Part shown: positions 26,330-40,200 of the stretch, one piece after another
Layout of the letters: every line of letters begins with the position of its first letter
Numbering within the stretch: the first letter of the stretch is position 1
Assembly (NCBI GenBank): GCA_964057225.1
Contig: OZ059900.1
Span: 7,626,001-7,690,000, forward strand
Direction of reading: 5' to 3'
DNA length: 64,000 nucleotides
DNA from: Auanema rhodensis
Taxonomy: Eukaryota > Animalia > Nematoda
Translations under genes and position numbers: made by a program
Notes under the pieces: model-generated
Databases searched by the model: none
Seen by the model: the letters and a program-made list of their open reading frames with translations, nothing else
Told to the model about the DNA's origin: nothing

Positions 26330-29300
26330 TTCGACTATTTTTACATATATATGTCCAATTTTAACCACTTTGGTCAAAAAGGACCGAAAATATCAAGAAT
26401 TATTGGTTTTTTGGGGTTTGAAGGGCATTTTGGCAAAATCAGTCAAACTTTTGATCTTAAGCATATTTTTTTCTTCTAAAACGACTAAATGTATGAAATA
26501 CTGTCATAGAATGTTCATATAGGTGTATTTTGCACGAATATCAAAACTGATTGAAATATGGGCCTTTTTATGCTCAAAACGCCATATATTCAACGATTTT
26601 GGGTACAAAACATGTGAAAACTGTATGTTTTGATCAGAACCTTTGAGATATGGATTTGAAATTCAGGACTCATAAACTTTGACTATTTTTACATATATAT
26701 GTCCAATTTCAACCACTTTGGTCAAAAAGGACCGAAAATATCAAGAATTATTGGTTTTTTGGGGTTTAAAGGGCATTTTGGCTGAATCAGTCAAACTTTT
26801 GATCTTAAGCATATTTTTTTCTTCTAAAACGACTAAATGTATGAAATACTGTCAAAGAATGTTCATATAGGTGTATTTTGCACGAATATCAAAACTGATT
26901 GAAATATGGGCCTTTTTATGCTCAAAACGCCATATATTCAACGATTTTGGGTACAAAACATGTGAAAACTGTATGTTTTGATCAGACCCTTTGAGATATG
27001 GATTTGAAATTCAGGATTCATAAAATTCGACTATTTTTACATATATATGTCCAATTTTAACCACTTTGGTCAAAAAGGACCGAAAATATCAAGAATTATT
27101 GGTTTTTTGGGGTTTGAAGGGCATTTTGGCAAAATCAGTCAAACTTTTGATCTTAAGCATATTTTTTTCTTCTAAAACGACTAAATGTATGAAATACTGT
27201 CATAGAATGTTCATATAGGTGTATTTTGCACGAATATCAAAACTGATTGAAATATGGGCCTTTTTATGCTCAAAACGCCATATATTCAACGATTTTGGGT
27301 ACAAAACATGTGAAAACTGTATGTTTTGATCAGACCCTTTGAGATATGGATTTGAAATTCAGGACTCATAAACTTTGACTATTTTTACATATATATGTCC
27401 AATTTCAACCACTTTGGTCAAAAAGGACCGAAAATATCAAGAATTATTGGTTTTTTGGGGTTTAAAGGGCATTTTGGCTGAATCAGTCAAACTTTTGATC
27501 TTAAGCATATTTTTTTCTTCTAAAACGACTAAATGTATGAAATACTGTCAAAGAATGTTCATATAGGTGTATTTTGCACGAATATCAAAACTGATTGAAA
27601 TATGGGCCTTTTTATGCTCAAAACGCCATATATTCAACGATTTTGGGTACAAAACATGTGAAAACTGTATGTTTTGATCAGACCCTTTGAGATATGGATT
27701 TGAAATTCAGGATTCATAAACTTTGACTATTTTCACATATATATGTCCAATTTTAACCACTTTGGTCAAAAAGGACCGAAAATATCAAGAATTATTGGTT
27801 TTTTGGGGTTTGAAGGGCATTTTGGCTAAATCAGTCAAACTTTTGATCTTAAGCATATTTTTTTCTTCTAAAACGACTAAATGTATGAAATACTGTCATA
27901 GAATGTTCATATAGGTGTATTTTGCACGAATATCAAAACTGATTGAAATATGGGCCTTTTTATGCTCAAAACGCCATATATTCAACGATTTTGGGTACAA
28001 AACATGTGAAAACTGTATGTTTTGATCAGACCCTTTGAGATATGGATTTAAAATTCAGGATTCATAAAATTCGACTATTTTTACATATATATGTCCAATT
28101 TTAACCACTTTGGTCAAAAAGGACCGAAAATATCAAGAATTATTGGTTTTTTGGGGTTTGAAGGGCATTTTGGCAAAATCAGTCAAACTTTTGATCTTAA
28201 GCATATTTTTTTCTTCTAAAACGACTAAATGTATGAAATACTGTCATAGAATGTTCATATAGGTGTATTTTGCACGAATATCAAAACTGATTGAAATATG
28301 GGCCTTTTTATGCTCAAAACGCCATATATTCAACGATTTTGGGTACAAAACATGTGAAAACTGTATGTTTTGATCAGAACCTTTGAGATATGGATTTGAA
28401 ATTCAGGATTCATAAACTTCGACTATTTCTACATATATATGTCCAATTTTAACCACTTTGGTCAAAAAGGACCGAAAATATCAAGAATTATTGGTTTTTT
28501 GGGGTTTAAAGGGCATTTTGGCTGAATCAGTCAAACTTTTGATCTTAAGCATATTTTTTTCTTCTAAAACGACTAAATGTATGAAATACTGTCAAAGAAT
28601 GTTCATATAGGTGTATTTTGCACGAATATCAAAACTGATTGAAATATGGGCCTTTTTATGCTCAAAACGCCATATATTCAACGATTTTGGGTACAAAACA
28701 TGTGAAAACTGTATGTTTTGATCAGACCCTTTGAGATATGGATTTGAAATTCAGGATTCATAAAATTCGACTATTTTTACATATATATGTCCAATTTTAA
28801 CCACTTTGGTCAAAAAGGACCGAAAATATCAAGAATTGTTGGTTTTTTGGGGTTTGAAGGGCATTTTGGCAAAATCAGTCAAACTTTTGATCTTAAGCAT
28901 ATTTTTTTCTTCTAAAACGACTAAATGTATGAAATACTGTCATAGAATGTTCATATAGGTGTATTTTGCACGAATATCAAAACTGATTGAAATATGGGCC
29001 TTTTTATGCTCAAAACGCCATATATTCAACGATTTTGGGTACAAAACATGTGAAAACTGTATGTTTTGATCAGACCCTTTGAGATATGGATTTGAAATTC
29101 AGGATTCATAAACTTCGACTATTTCTACATATATATGTCCAATTTTAACCACTTTGGTCAAAAAGGACCGAAAATATCAAGAATTATTGGTTTTTTGGGG
29201 TTTGAAGGGCATTTTGGCTAAATCAGTCAAACTTTTGATCTTAAGCATATTTTTTTCTTCTAAAACGACTAAATGTATGAAATACTGTCAAAGAATGTTC

Positions 29301-31050
29301 ATATAGGTGTATTTTGCACGAATATCAAAACTGATTGAAATATGGGCCTTTTTATGCTCAAAACGCCATATATTCAACGATTTTGGGTACAAAACATGTG
29401 AAAACTGTATGTTTTGATCAGACCCTTTGAGATATGGATTTGAAATTCAGGATTCATAAACTTCGACTATTTCTACATATATAAGTTCAATTTTAACCAC
29501 TTTGGTCAAAAAGGACCGAAAATATCAAGAATTATTGGTTTTTTGGGGTTTGAAGGGCATTTTGGCAAAATCAGTCAAACTTTTGATCTTAAGCATATTT
29601 TTTTCTTCTAAAACGACTAAATGTATGAAATACTGTCAAAGAATGTTCATATAGGTGTATTTTGCACGAATATCAAAACTGATTGAAATATGGGCCTTTT
29701 TATGCTCAAAACGCCATATATTCAACGATTTTGGGTACAAAACATGTGAAAACTGTATGTTTTGATCAGACCCTTTGAGATATGGATTTGAAATTCAGGA
29801 TTCATAAACTTTGACTATTTTCACATATATATGTCCAATTTTAACCACTTTAGTCAAAAAGGACCGAAAATATCAAGAATTATTGGTTTTTTGGGGTTTG
29901 AAGGGCATTTTGGCAAAATCAGTCAAACTTTTGATCTTAAGCATATTTTTTTCTTCTAAAACGACTAAATGTATGAAATACTGTCATAGAATGTTCATAT
30001 AGGTGTATTTTGCACGAATATCAAAACTGATTGAAATATGGGCCTTTTTATGCTCAAAACGCCATATATTCAACGATTTTGGGTACAAAACATGTGAAAA
30101 CTGTATGTTTTGATCAGACCCTTTGAGATATGGATTTGAAATTCAGGATTCATAAACTTTGACTATTTTTACATATATATGTCCAATTTTAACCACTTTG
30201 GTCAAAAAGGACCGAAAATATCAAGAATTATTGGTTTTTTGGGGTTTGAAGGGCATTTTGGCTAAATCAGTCAAACTTTTGATCTTAAGCATATTTTTTT
30301 CTTCTAAAACGACTAAATGTATGAAATACTGTCAAAGAATGTTCATATAGGTGTATTTTGCACGAATATCAAAACTGATTGAAATATGGGCCTTTTTATG
30401 CTCAAAACGCCATATATTCAACGATTTTGGGTACAAAACATGTGAAAACTGTATGTTTTGATCAGACCCTTTGAGATATGGATTTGAAATTCAGGATTCA
30501 TAAACTTTGACTATTTTTACATATATATGTCCAATTTTAACCACTTTGGTCAAAAAGGACCGAAAATATCAAGAATTATTGGTTTTTTGGGGTTTGAAGG
30601 GCATTTTGGCTAAATCAGTCAAACTTTTGATCTTAAGCATATTTTTTTCTTCTAAAACGACTAAATGTATGAAATACTGTCAAAGAATGTTCATATAGGT
30701 GTATTTTGCACGAATATCAAAACTGATTGAAATATGGGCCTTTTTATGCTCAAAACGCCATATATTCAACGATTTTGGGTACAAAACATGTGAAAACTGT
30801 ATGTTTTGATCAGACCCTTTGAGATATGGATTTGAAATTCAGGATTCATAAAACTTTGACTATTTTCACATATATATGTCCAATTTTAACCACTTTGGTC
30901 AAAAAGGACCGAAAATATCAAGAATTATTGGTTTTTTGGGGTTTGAAGGGCATTTTGGCTAAATCAGTCAAACTTTTGATCTTAAGCATATTTTTTTCTT
31001 CTAAAACGACTAAATGTATGAAATACTGTCATAGAATGTTCATATAGGTG
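26330..31050. repeat. Second copy of the 19.3-23.6 kb block, including a third copy of the 7-mer, with one extra monomer
   Basis: GGACTC/TTTCAACC/GCTGAA monomers at 19717 and 20413 recur at 26679 and 27375 (6962 bp = 20 monomers+2). The 7-mer markers recur at 28838, 29484 and ~30851 (7310 bp = 21 monomers+2). The extra monomer is near 27723. Confidence 0.8.
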
Positions 31051-31259
31051 TATTTTGCACGAATATCAAAACTGATTGAAATATGGGCCTTTTTATGCTC
31101 AAAACGCCATATATTCAACGATTTTGGGTACAAAACATGTGAAAACTGTATGTTTTGATCAGACCCTTTGAGATATGGATTTAAAATTCAGGATTCATAA
31201 AATTCGACTATTTTTACATATATATGTCCAATTTTAACCACTTTGGTCAAAAAGGACCG

Positions 31260-34200
31260 AAAATATCAAGAATTATTGGTTTTTTGGGGTTTGAAGGGCA
31301 TTTTGGCAAAATCAGTCAAACTTTTGATCTTAAGCATATTTTTTTCTTCTAAAACGACTAAATGTATGAAATACTGTCATAGAATGTTCATATAGGTGTA
31401 TTTTGCACGAATATCAAAACTGATTGAAATATGGGCCTTTTTATGCTCAAAACGCCATATATTCAACGATTTTGGGTACAAAACATGTGAAAACTGTATG
31501 TTTTGATCAGACCCTTTGAGATATGGATTTGAAATTCAGGATTCATAAACTTTGACTATTTTTACATATATATGTTCAATTTTAACCACTTTGGTCAAAA
31601 AGGACCGAAAATATCAAGAATTATTGGTTTTTTGGGGTTTGAAGGGCATTTTGGCAAAATCAGTCAAACTTTTGATCTTAAGCATATTTTTTTCTTCTAA
31701 AACGACTAAATGTATGAAATACTGTCATAGAATGTTCATATAGGTGTATTTTGCACGAATATCAAAACTGATTGAAATATGGGCCTTTTTATGCTCAAAA
31801 CGCCATATATTCAACGATTTTGGGTACAAAACATGTGAAAACTGTATGTTTTGATCAGACCCTTTGAGATATGGATTTGAAATTCAGGATTCATAAACTT
31901 TGACTATTTTTACATATATATGTCCAATTTTAACCACTTTGGTCAAAAAGGACCGAAAATATCAAGAATTATTGGTTTTTTGGGGTTTGAAGGGCATTTT
32001 GGCTAAATCAGTCAAACTTTTGATCTTAAGCATATTTTTTTCTTCTAAAACGACTAAATGTATGAAATACTGTCAAAGAATGTTCATATAGGTGTATTTT
32101 GCACGAATATCAAAACTGATTGAAATATGGGCCTTTTTATGCTCAAAACGCCATATATTCAACGATTTTGGGTACAAAACATGTGAAAACTGTATGTTTT
32201 GATCAGACCCTTTGAGATATGGATTTAAAATTCAGGATTCATAAAATTCGACTATTTTTACATATATATGTCCAATTTTAACCACTTTGGTCAAAAAGGA
32301 CCGAAAATATCAAGAATTATTGGTTTTTTGGGGTTTGAAGGGCATTTTGGCAAAATCAGTCAAACTTTTGATCTTAAGCATATTTTTTTCTTCTAAAACG
32401 ACTAAATGTATGAAATACTGTCATAGAATGTTCATATAGGTGTATTTTGCACGAATATCAAAACTGATTGAAATATGGGCCTTTTTATGCTCAAAACGCC
32501 ATATATTCAACGATTTTGGGTACAAAACATGTGAAAACTGTATGTTTTGATCAGACCCTTTGAGATATGGATTTGAAATTCAGGATTCATAAACTTTGAC
32601 TATTTTTACATATATATGTCCAATTTTAACCACTTTGGTCAAAAAGGACCGAAAATATCAAGAATTATTGGTTTTTTGGGGTTTGAAGGGCATTTTGGCT
32701 AAATCAGTCAAACTTTTGATCTTAAGCATATTTTTTTCTTCTAAAACGACTAAATGTATGAAATACTGTCAAAGAATGTTCATATAGGTGTATTTTGCAC
32801 GAATATCAAAACTGATTGAAATATGGGCCTTTTTATGCTCAAAACGCCATATATTCAACGATTTTGGGTACAAAACATGTGAAAACTGTATGTTTTGATC
32901 AGACCCTTTGAGATATGGATTTGAAATTCAGGATTCATAAACTTTGACTATTTTCACATATATATGTCCAATTTTAACCACTTTGGTCAAAAAGGACCGA
33001 AAATATCAAGAATTATTGGTTTTTTGGGGTTTGAAGGGCATTTTGGCTAAATCAGTCAAACTTTTGATCTTAAGCATATTTTTTTCTTCTAAAACGACTA
33101 AATGTATGAAATACTGTCATAGAATGTTCATATAGGTGTATTTTGCACGAATATCAAAACTGATTGAAATATGGGCCTTTTTATGCTCAAAACGCCATAT
33201 ATTCAACGATTTTGGGTACAAAACATGTGAAAACTGTATGTTTTGATCAGACCCTTTGAGATATGGATTTAAAATTCAGGATTCATAAAATTCGACTATT
33301 TTTACATATATATGTCCAATTTTAACCACTTTGGTCAAAAAGGACCGAAAATATCAAGAATTATTGGTTTTTTGGGGTTTGAAGGGCATTTTGGCAAAAT
33401 CAGTCAAACTTTTGATCTTAAGCATATTTTTTTCTTCTAAAACGACTAAATGTATGAAATACTGTCATAGAATGTTCATATAGGTGTATTTTGCACGAAT
33501 ATCAAAACTGATTGAAATATGGGCCTTTTTATGCTCAAAACGCCATATATTCAACGATTTTGGGTACAAAACATGTGAAAACTGTATGTTTTGATCAGAC
33601 CCTTTGAGATATGGATTTGAAATTCAGGATTCATAAACTTTGACTATTTTTACATATATATGTTCAATTTTAACCACTTTGGTCAAAAAGGACCGAAAAT
33701 ATCAAGAATTATTGGTTTTTTGGGGTTTGAAGGGCATTTTGGCAAAATCAGTCAAACTTTTGATCTTAAGCATATTTTTTTCTTCTAAAACGACTAAATG
33801 TATGAAATACTGTCATAGAATGTTCATATATGTGTATTTTGCACGAATATCAAAACTGATTGAAATATGGGCCTTTTTATGCTCAAAACGCCATATATTC
33901 AACGATTTTGGGTACAAAACATGTGAAAACTGTATGTTTTGATCAGACCCTTTGAGATATGGATTTGAAATTCAGGATTCATAAACTTCGACTATTTCTA
34001 CATATATATGTCCAATTTTAACCACTTTGGTCAAAAAGGACCGAAAGTATCAAGAATTATTGGTTTTTTGGGGTTTGAAGGGCATTTTGGCTAAATCAGT
34101 CAAACTTTTGATCTTAAGCATATTTTTTTCTTCTAAAACGACTAAATGTATGAAATACTGTCAAAGAATGTTCATATAGGTGTATTTTGCACGAATATCA

Positions 34201-37200
34201 AAACTGATTGAAATATGGGCCTTTTTATGCTCAAAACGCCATATATTCAACGATTTTGGGTACAAAACATGTGAAAACTGTATGTTTTGATCAGACCCTT
34301 TGAGATATGGATTTAAAATTCAGGATTCATAAAATTCGACTATTTTCACATATATATGTCCAATTTTAACCACTTTGGTCAAAAAGGACCGAAAATATCA
34401 AGAATTATTGGTTTTTTGGGGTTTGAAGGGCATTTTGGCAAAATCAGTCAAACTTTTGATCTTAAGCATATTTTTTTCTTCTAAAACGACTAAATGTATG
34501 AAATACTGTCATAGAATGTTCATATAGGTGTATTTTGCACGAATATCAAAACTGATTGAAATATGGGCCTTTTTATGCTCAAAACGCCATATATTCAACG
34601 ATTTTGGGTACAAAACATGTGAAAACTGTATGTTTTGATCAGACCTTTTGAGATATGGATTTAAAATTCAGGATTCATAAAATTCGACTATTTTTACATA
34701 TATGTGTCCAATTTTAACCACTTTGGTCAAAAAGGACCGAAAATATCAAGAATTATTGGTTTTTTGGGGTTTGAAGGGCATTTTGGCAAAATCAGTCAAA
34801 CTTTTGATCTTAAGCATATTTTTTTCTTCTAAAACGACTAAATGTATGAAATACTGTCATAGAATGTTCATATAGGTGTATTTTGCACGAATATCAAAAC
34901 TGATTGAAATATGGGCCTTTTTATGCTCAAAACGCCATATATTCAACGATTTTGGGTACAAAACATGTGAAAACTGTATGTTTTGATCAGACCCTTTGAG
35001 ATATGGATTTGAAATTCAGGATTCATAAACTTTGACTATTTTTACATATATATGTTCAATTTTAACCACTTTGGTCAAAAAGGACCGAAAATATCAAGAA
35101 TTATTGGTTTTTTGGGGTTTGAAGGGCATTTTGGCAAAATCAGTCAAACTTTTGATCTTAAGCATATTTTTTTCTTCTAAAACGACTAAATGTATGAAAT
35201 ACTGTCATAGAATGTTCATATAGGTGTATTTTGCACGAATATCAAAACTGATTGAAATATGGGCCTTTTTATGCTCAAAACGCCATATATTCAACGATTT
35301 TGGGTACAAAACATGTGAAAACTGTATGTTTTGATCAGACCCTTTGAGATATGGATTTGAAATTCAGGATTCATAAACTTTGACTATTTTTACATATATA
35401 TGTTCAATTTTAACCACTTTGGTCAAAAAGCACCGAAAATATCAAGAATTATTGGTTTTTTGGGGTTTGAAGGGCATTTTGGCAAAATCAGTCAAACTTT
35501 TGATCTTAAGCATATTTTTTTCTTCTAAAACGACTAAATGTATGAAATACTGTCATAGAATGTTCATATAGGTGTATTTTGCACGAATATCAAAACTGAT
35601 TGAAATATGGGCCTTTTTATGCTCAAAACGCCATATATTCAACGATTTTGGGTACAAAACATGTGAAAACTGTATGTTTTGATCAGACCCTTTGAGATAT
35701 GGATTTGAAATTCAGGATTCATAAACTTTGACTATTTTTACATATATATGTTCAATTTTAACCACTTTGGTCAAAAAGGACCGAAAATATCAAGAATTAT
35801 TGGTTTTTTGGGGTTTGAAGGGCATTTTGGCAAAATCAGTCAAACTTTTGATCTTAAGCATATTTTTTTCTTCTAAAACGACTAAATGTATGAAATACTG
35901 TCATAGAATGTTCATATAGGTGTATTTTGCACGAATATCAAAACTGATTGAAATATGGGCCTTTTTATGCTCAAAACGCCATATATTCAACGATTTTGGG
36001 TACAAAACATGTGAAAACTGTATGTTTTGATCAGACCCTTTGAGATATGGATTTGAAATTCAGGATTCATAAACTTTGACTATTTTTACATATATATGTC
36101 CAATTTTAACCACTTTGGTCAAAAAGGACCGAAAATATCAAGAATTATTGGTTTTTTGGGGTTTGAAGGGCATTTTGGCTAAATCAGTCAAACTTTTGAT
36201 CTTAAGCATATTTTTTTCTTCTAAAACGACTAAATGTATGAAATACTGTCAAAGAATGTTCATATAGGTGTATTTTGCACGAATATCAAAACTGATTGAA
36301 ATATGGGCCTTTTTATGCTCAAAACGCCATATATTCAACGATTTTGGGTACAAAACATGTGAAAACTGTATGTTTTGATCAGACCCTTTGAGATATGGAT
36401 TTAAAATTCAGGATTCATAAAATTCGACTATTTTTACATATATATGTCCAATTTTAACCACTTTGGTCAAAAAGGACCGAAAATATCAAGAATTATTGGT
36501 TTTTTGGGGTTTGAAGGGCATTTTGGCAAAATCAGTCAAACTTTTGATCTTAAGCATATTTTTTTCTTCTAAAACGACTAAATGTATGAAATACTGTCAT
36601 AGAATGTTCATATAGGTGTATTTTGCACGAATATCAAAACTGATTGAAATATGGGCCTTTTTATGCTCAAAACGCCATATATTCAACGATTTTGGGTACA
36701 AAACATGTGAAAACTGTATGTTTTGATCAGACCCTTTGAGATATGGATTTGAAATTCAGGATTCATAAACTTTGACTATTTTTACATATATATGTCCAAT
36801 TTTAACCACTTTGGTCAAAAAGGACCGAAAATATCAAGAATTATTGGTTTTTTGGGGTTTGAAGGGCATTTTGGCTAAATCAGTCAAACTTTTGATCTTA
36901 AGCATATTTTTTTCTTCTAAAACGACTAAATGTATGAAATACTGTCAAAGAATGTTCATATAGGTGTATTTTGCACGAATATCAAAACTGATTGAAATAT
37001 GGGCCTTTTTATGCTCAAAACGCCATATATTCAACGATTTTGGGTACAAAACATGTGAAAACTGTATGTTTTGATCAGACCCTTTGAGATATGGATTTGA
37101 AATTCAGGATTCATAAACTTTGACTATTTTCACATATATATGTCCAATTTTAACCACTTTGGTCAAAAAGGACCGAAAATATCAAGAATTATTGGTTTTT

Positions 37201-40200
37201 TGGGGTTTGAAGGGCATTTTGGCTAAATCAGTCAAACTTTTGATCTTAAGCATATTTTTTTCTTCTAAAACGACTAAATGTATGAAATACTGTCATAGAA
37301 TGTTCATATAGGTGTATTTTGCACGAATATCAAAACTGATTGAAATATGGGCCTTTTTATGCTCAAAACGCCATATATTCAACGATTTTGGGTACAAAAC
37401 ATGTGAAAACTGTATGTTTTGATCAGACCCTTTGAGATATGGATTTAAAATTCAGGATTCATAAAATTCGACTATTTTTACATATATATGTCCAATTTTA
37501 ACCACTTTGGTCAAAAAGGACCGAAAATATCAAGAATTATTGGTTTTTTGGGGTTTGAAGGGCATTTTGGCAAAATCAGTCAAACTTTTGATCTTAAGCA
37601 TATTTTTTTCTTCTAAAACGACTAAATGTATGAAATACTGTCATAGAATGTTCATATAGGTGTATTTTGCACGAATATCAAAACTGATTGAAATATGGGC
37701 CTTTTTATGCTCAAAACGCCATATATTCAACGATTTTGGGTACAAAACATGTGAAAACTGTATGTTTTGATCAGACCCTTTGAGATATGGATTTGAAATT
37801 CAGGATTCATAAACTTTGACTATTTTTACATATATATGTCCAATTTTAACCACTTTGGTCAAAAAGGACCGAAAATATCAAGAATTATTGGTTTTTTGGG
37901 GTTTGAAGGGCATTTTGGCTAAATCAGTCAAACTTTTGATCTTAAGCATATTTTTTTCTTCTAAAACGACTAAATGTATGAAATACTGTCAAAGAATGTT
38001 CATATAGGTGTATTTTGCACGAATATCAAAACTGATTGAAATATGGGCCTTTTTATGCTCAAAACGCCATATATTCAACGATTTTGGGTACAAAACATGT
38101 GAAAACTGTATGTTTTGATCAGACCCTTTGAGATATGGATTTAAAATTCAGGATTCATAAAATTCGACTATTTTTACATATATATGTCCAATTTTAACCA
38201 CTTTGGTCAAAAAGGACCGAAAATATCAAGAATTATTGGTTTTTTGGGGTTTGAAGGGCATTTTGGCAAAATCAGTCAAACTTTTGATCTTAAGCATATT
38301 TTTTTCTTCTAAAACGACTAAATGTATGAAATACTGTCATAGAATGTTCATATAGGTGTATTTTGCACGAATATCAAAACTGATTGAAATATGGGCCTTT
38401 TTATGCTCAAAACGCCATATATTCAACGATTTTGGGTACAAAACATGTGAAAACTGTATGTTTTGATCAGACCCTTTGAGATATGGATTTGAAATTCAGG
38501 ATTCATAAAATTCGACTATTTTTACATATATATGTCCAATTTTAACCACTTTGGTCAAAAAGGACCGAAAATATCAAGAATTATTGGTTTTTTGGGGTTT
38601 GAAGGGCATTTTGGCAAAATCAGTCAAACTTTTGATCTTAAGCATATTTTTTTCTTCTAAAACGACTAAATGTATGAAATACTGTCATAGAATGTTCATA
38701 TAGGTGTATTTTGCACGAATATCAAAACTGATTGAAATATGGGCCTTTTTATGCTCAAAACGCCATATATTCAACGATTTTGGGTACAAAACATGTGAAA
38801 ACTGTATGTTTTGATCAGACCCTTTGAGATATGGATTTGAAATTCAGGATTCATAAACTTTGACTATTTTTACATATATATGTCCAATTTTAACCACTTT
38901 GGTCAAAAAGGACCGAAAATATCAAGAATTATTGGTTTTTTGGGGTTTGAAGGGCATTTTGGCTAAATCAGTCAAACTTTTGATCTTAAGCATATTTTTT
39001 TCTTCTAAAACGACTAAATGTATGAAATACTGTCAAAGAATGTTCATATAGGTGTATTTTGCACGAATATCAAAACTGATTGAAATATGGGCCTTTTTAT
39101 GCTCAAAACGCCATATATTCAACGATTTTGGGTACAAAACATGTGAAAACTGTATGTTTTGATCAGACCCTTTGAGATATGGATTTAAAATTCAGGATTC
39201 ATAAAATTCGACTATTTTTACATATATATGTCCAATTTTAACCACTTTGGTCAAAAAGGACCGAAAATATCAAGAATTATTGGTTTTTTGGGGTTTGAAG
39301 GGCATTTTGGCAAAATCAGTCAAACTTTTGATCTTAAGCATATTTTTTTCTTCTAAAACGACTAAATGTATGAAATACTGTCATAGAATGTTCATATAGG
39401 TGTATTTTGCACGAATATCAAAACTGATTGAAATATGGGCCTTTTTATGCTCAAAACGCCATATATTCAACGATTTTGGGTACAAAACATGTGAAAACTG
39501 TATGTTTTGATCAGACCCTTTGAGATATGGATTTGAAATTCAGGATTCATAAACTTTGACTATTTTTACATATATATGTCCAATTTTAACCACTTTGGTC
39601 AAAAAGGACCGAAAATATCAAGAATTATTGGTTTTTTGGGGTTTGAAGGGCATTTTGGCTAAATCAGTCAAACTTTTGATCTTAAGCATATTTTTTTCTT
39701 CTAAAACGACTAAATGTATGAAATACTGTCAAAGAATGTTCATATAGGTGTATTTTGCACGAATATCAAAACTGATTGAAATATGGGCCTTTTTATGCTC
39801 AAAACGCCATATATTCAACGATTTTGGGTACAAAACATGTGAAAACTGTATCTTTTGATCAGACCCTTTGAGATATGGATTTGAAATTCAGGATTCATAA
39901 ACTTCGACTATTTTCACATATATATGTCCAATTTTAACCACTTTGGTCAAAAAGGACCGAAAATATCAAGAATTATTGGTTTTTTGGGGTTTGAAGGGCA
40001 TTTTGGCTAAATCAGTCAAACTTTTGATCTTAAGCATATTTTTTTCTTCTAAAACGACTAAATGTATGAAATACTGTCATAGAATGTTCATATAGGTGTA
40101 TTTTGCACGAATATCAAAACTGATTGAAATATGGGCCTTTTTATGCTCAAAACGCCATATATTCAACGATTTTGGGTACAAAACATGTGAAAACTGTATG

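Noticed and set aside
33640-33942. Longer 100-aa ORF
   Set aside because: A single private TAG-to-TAT change at 33831 gives read-through.
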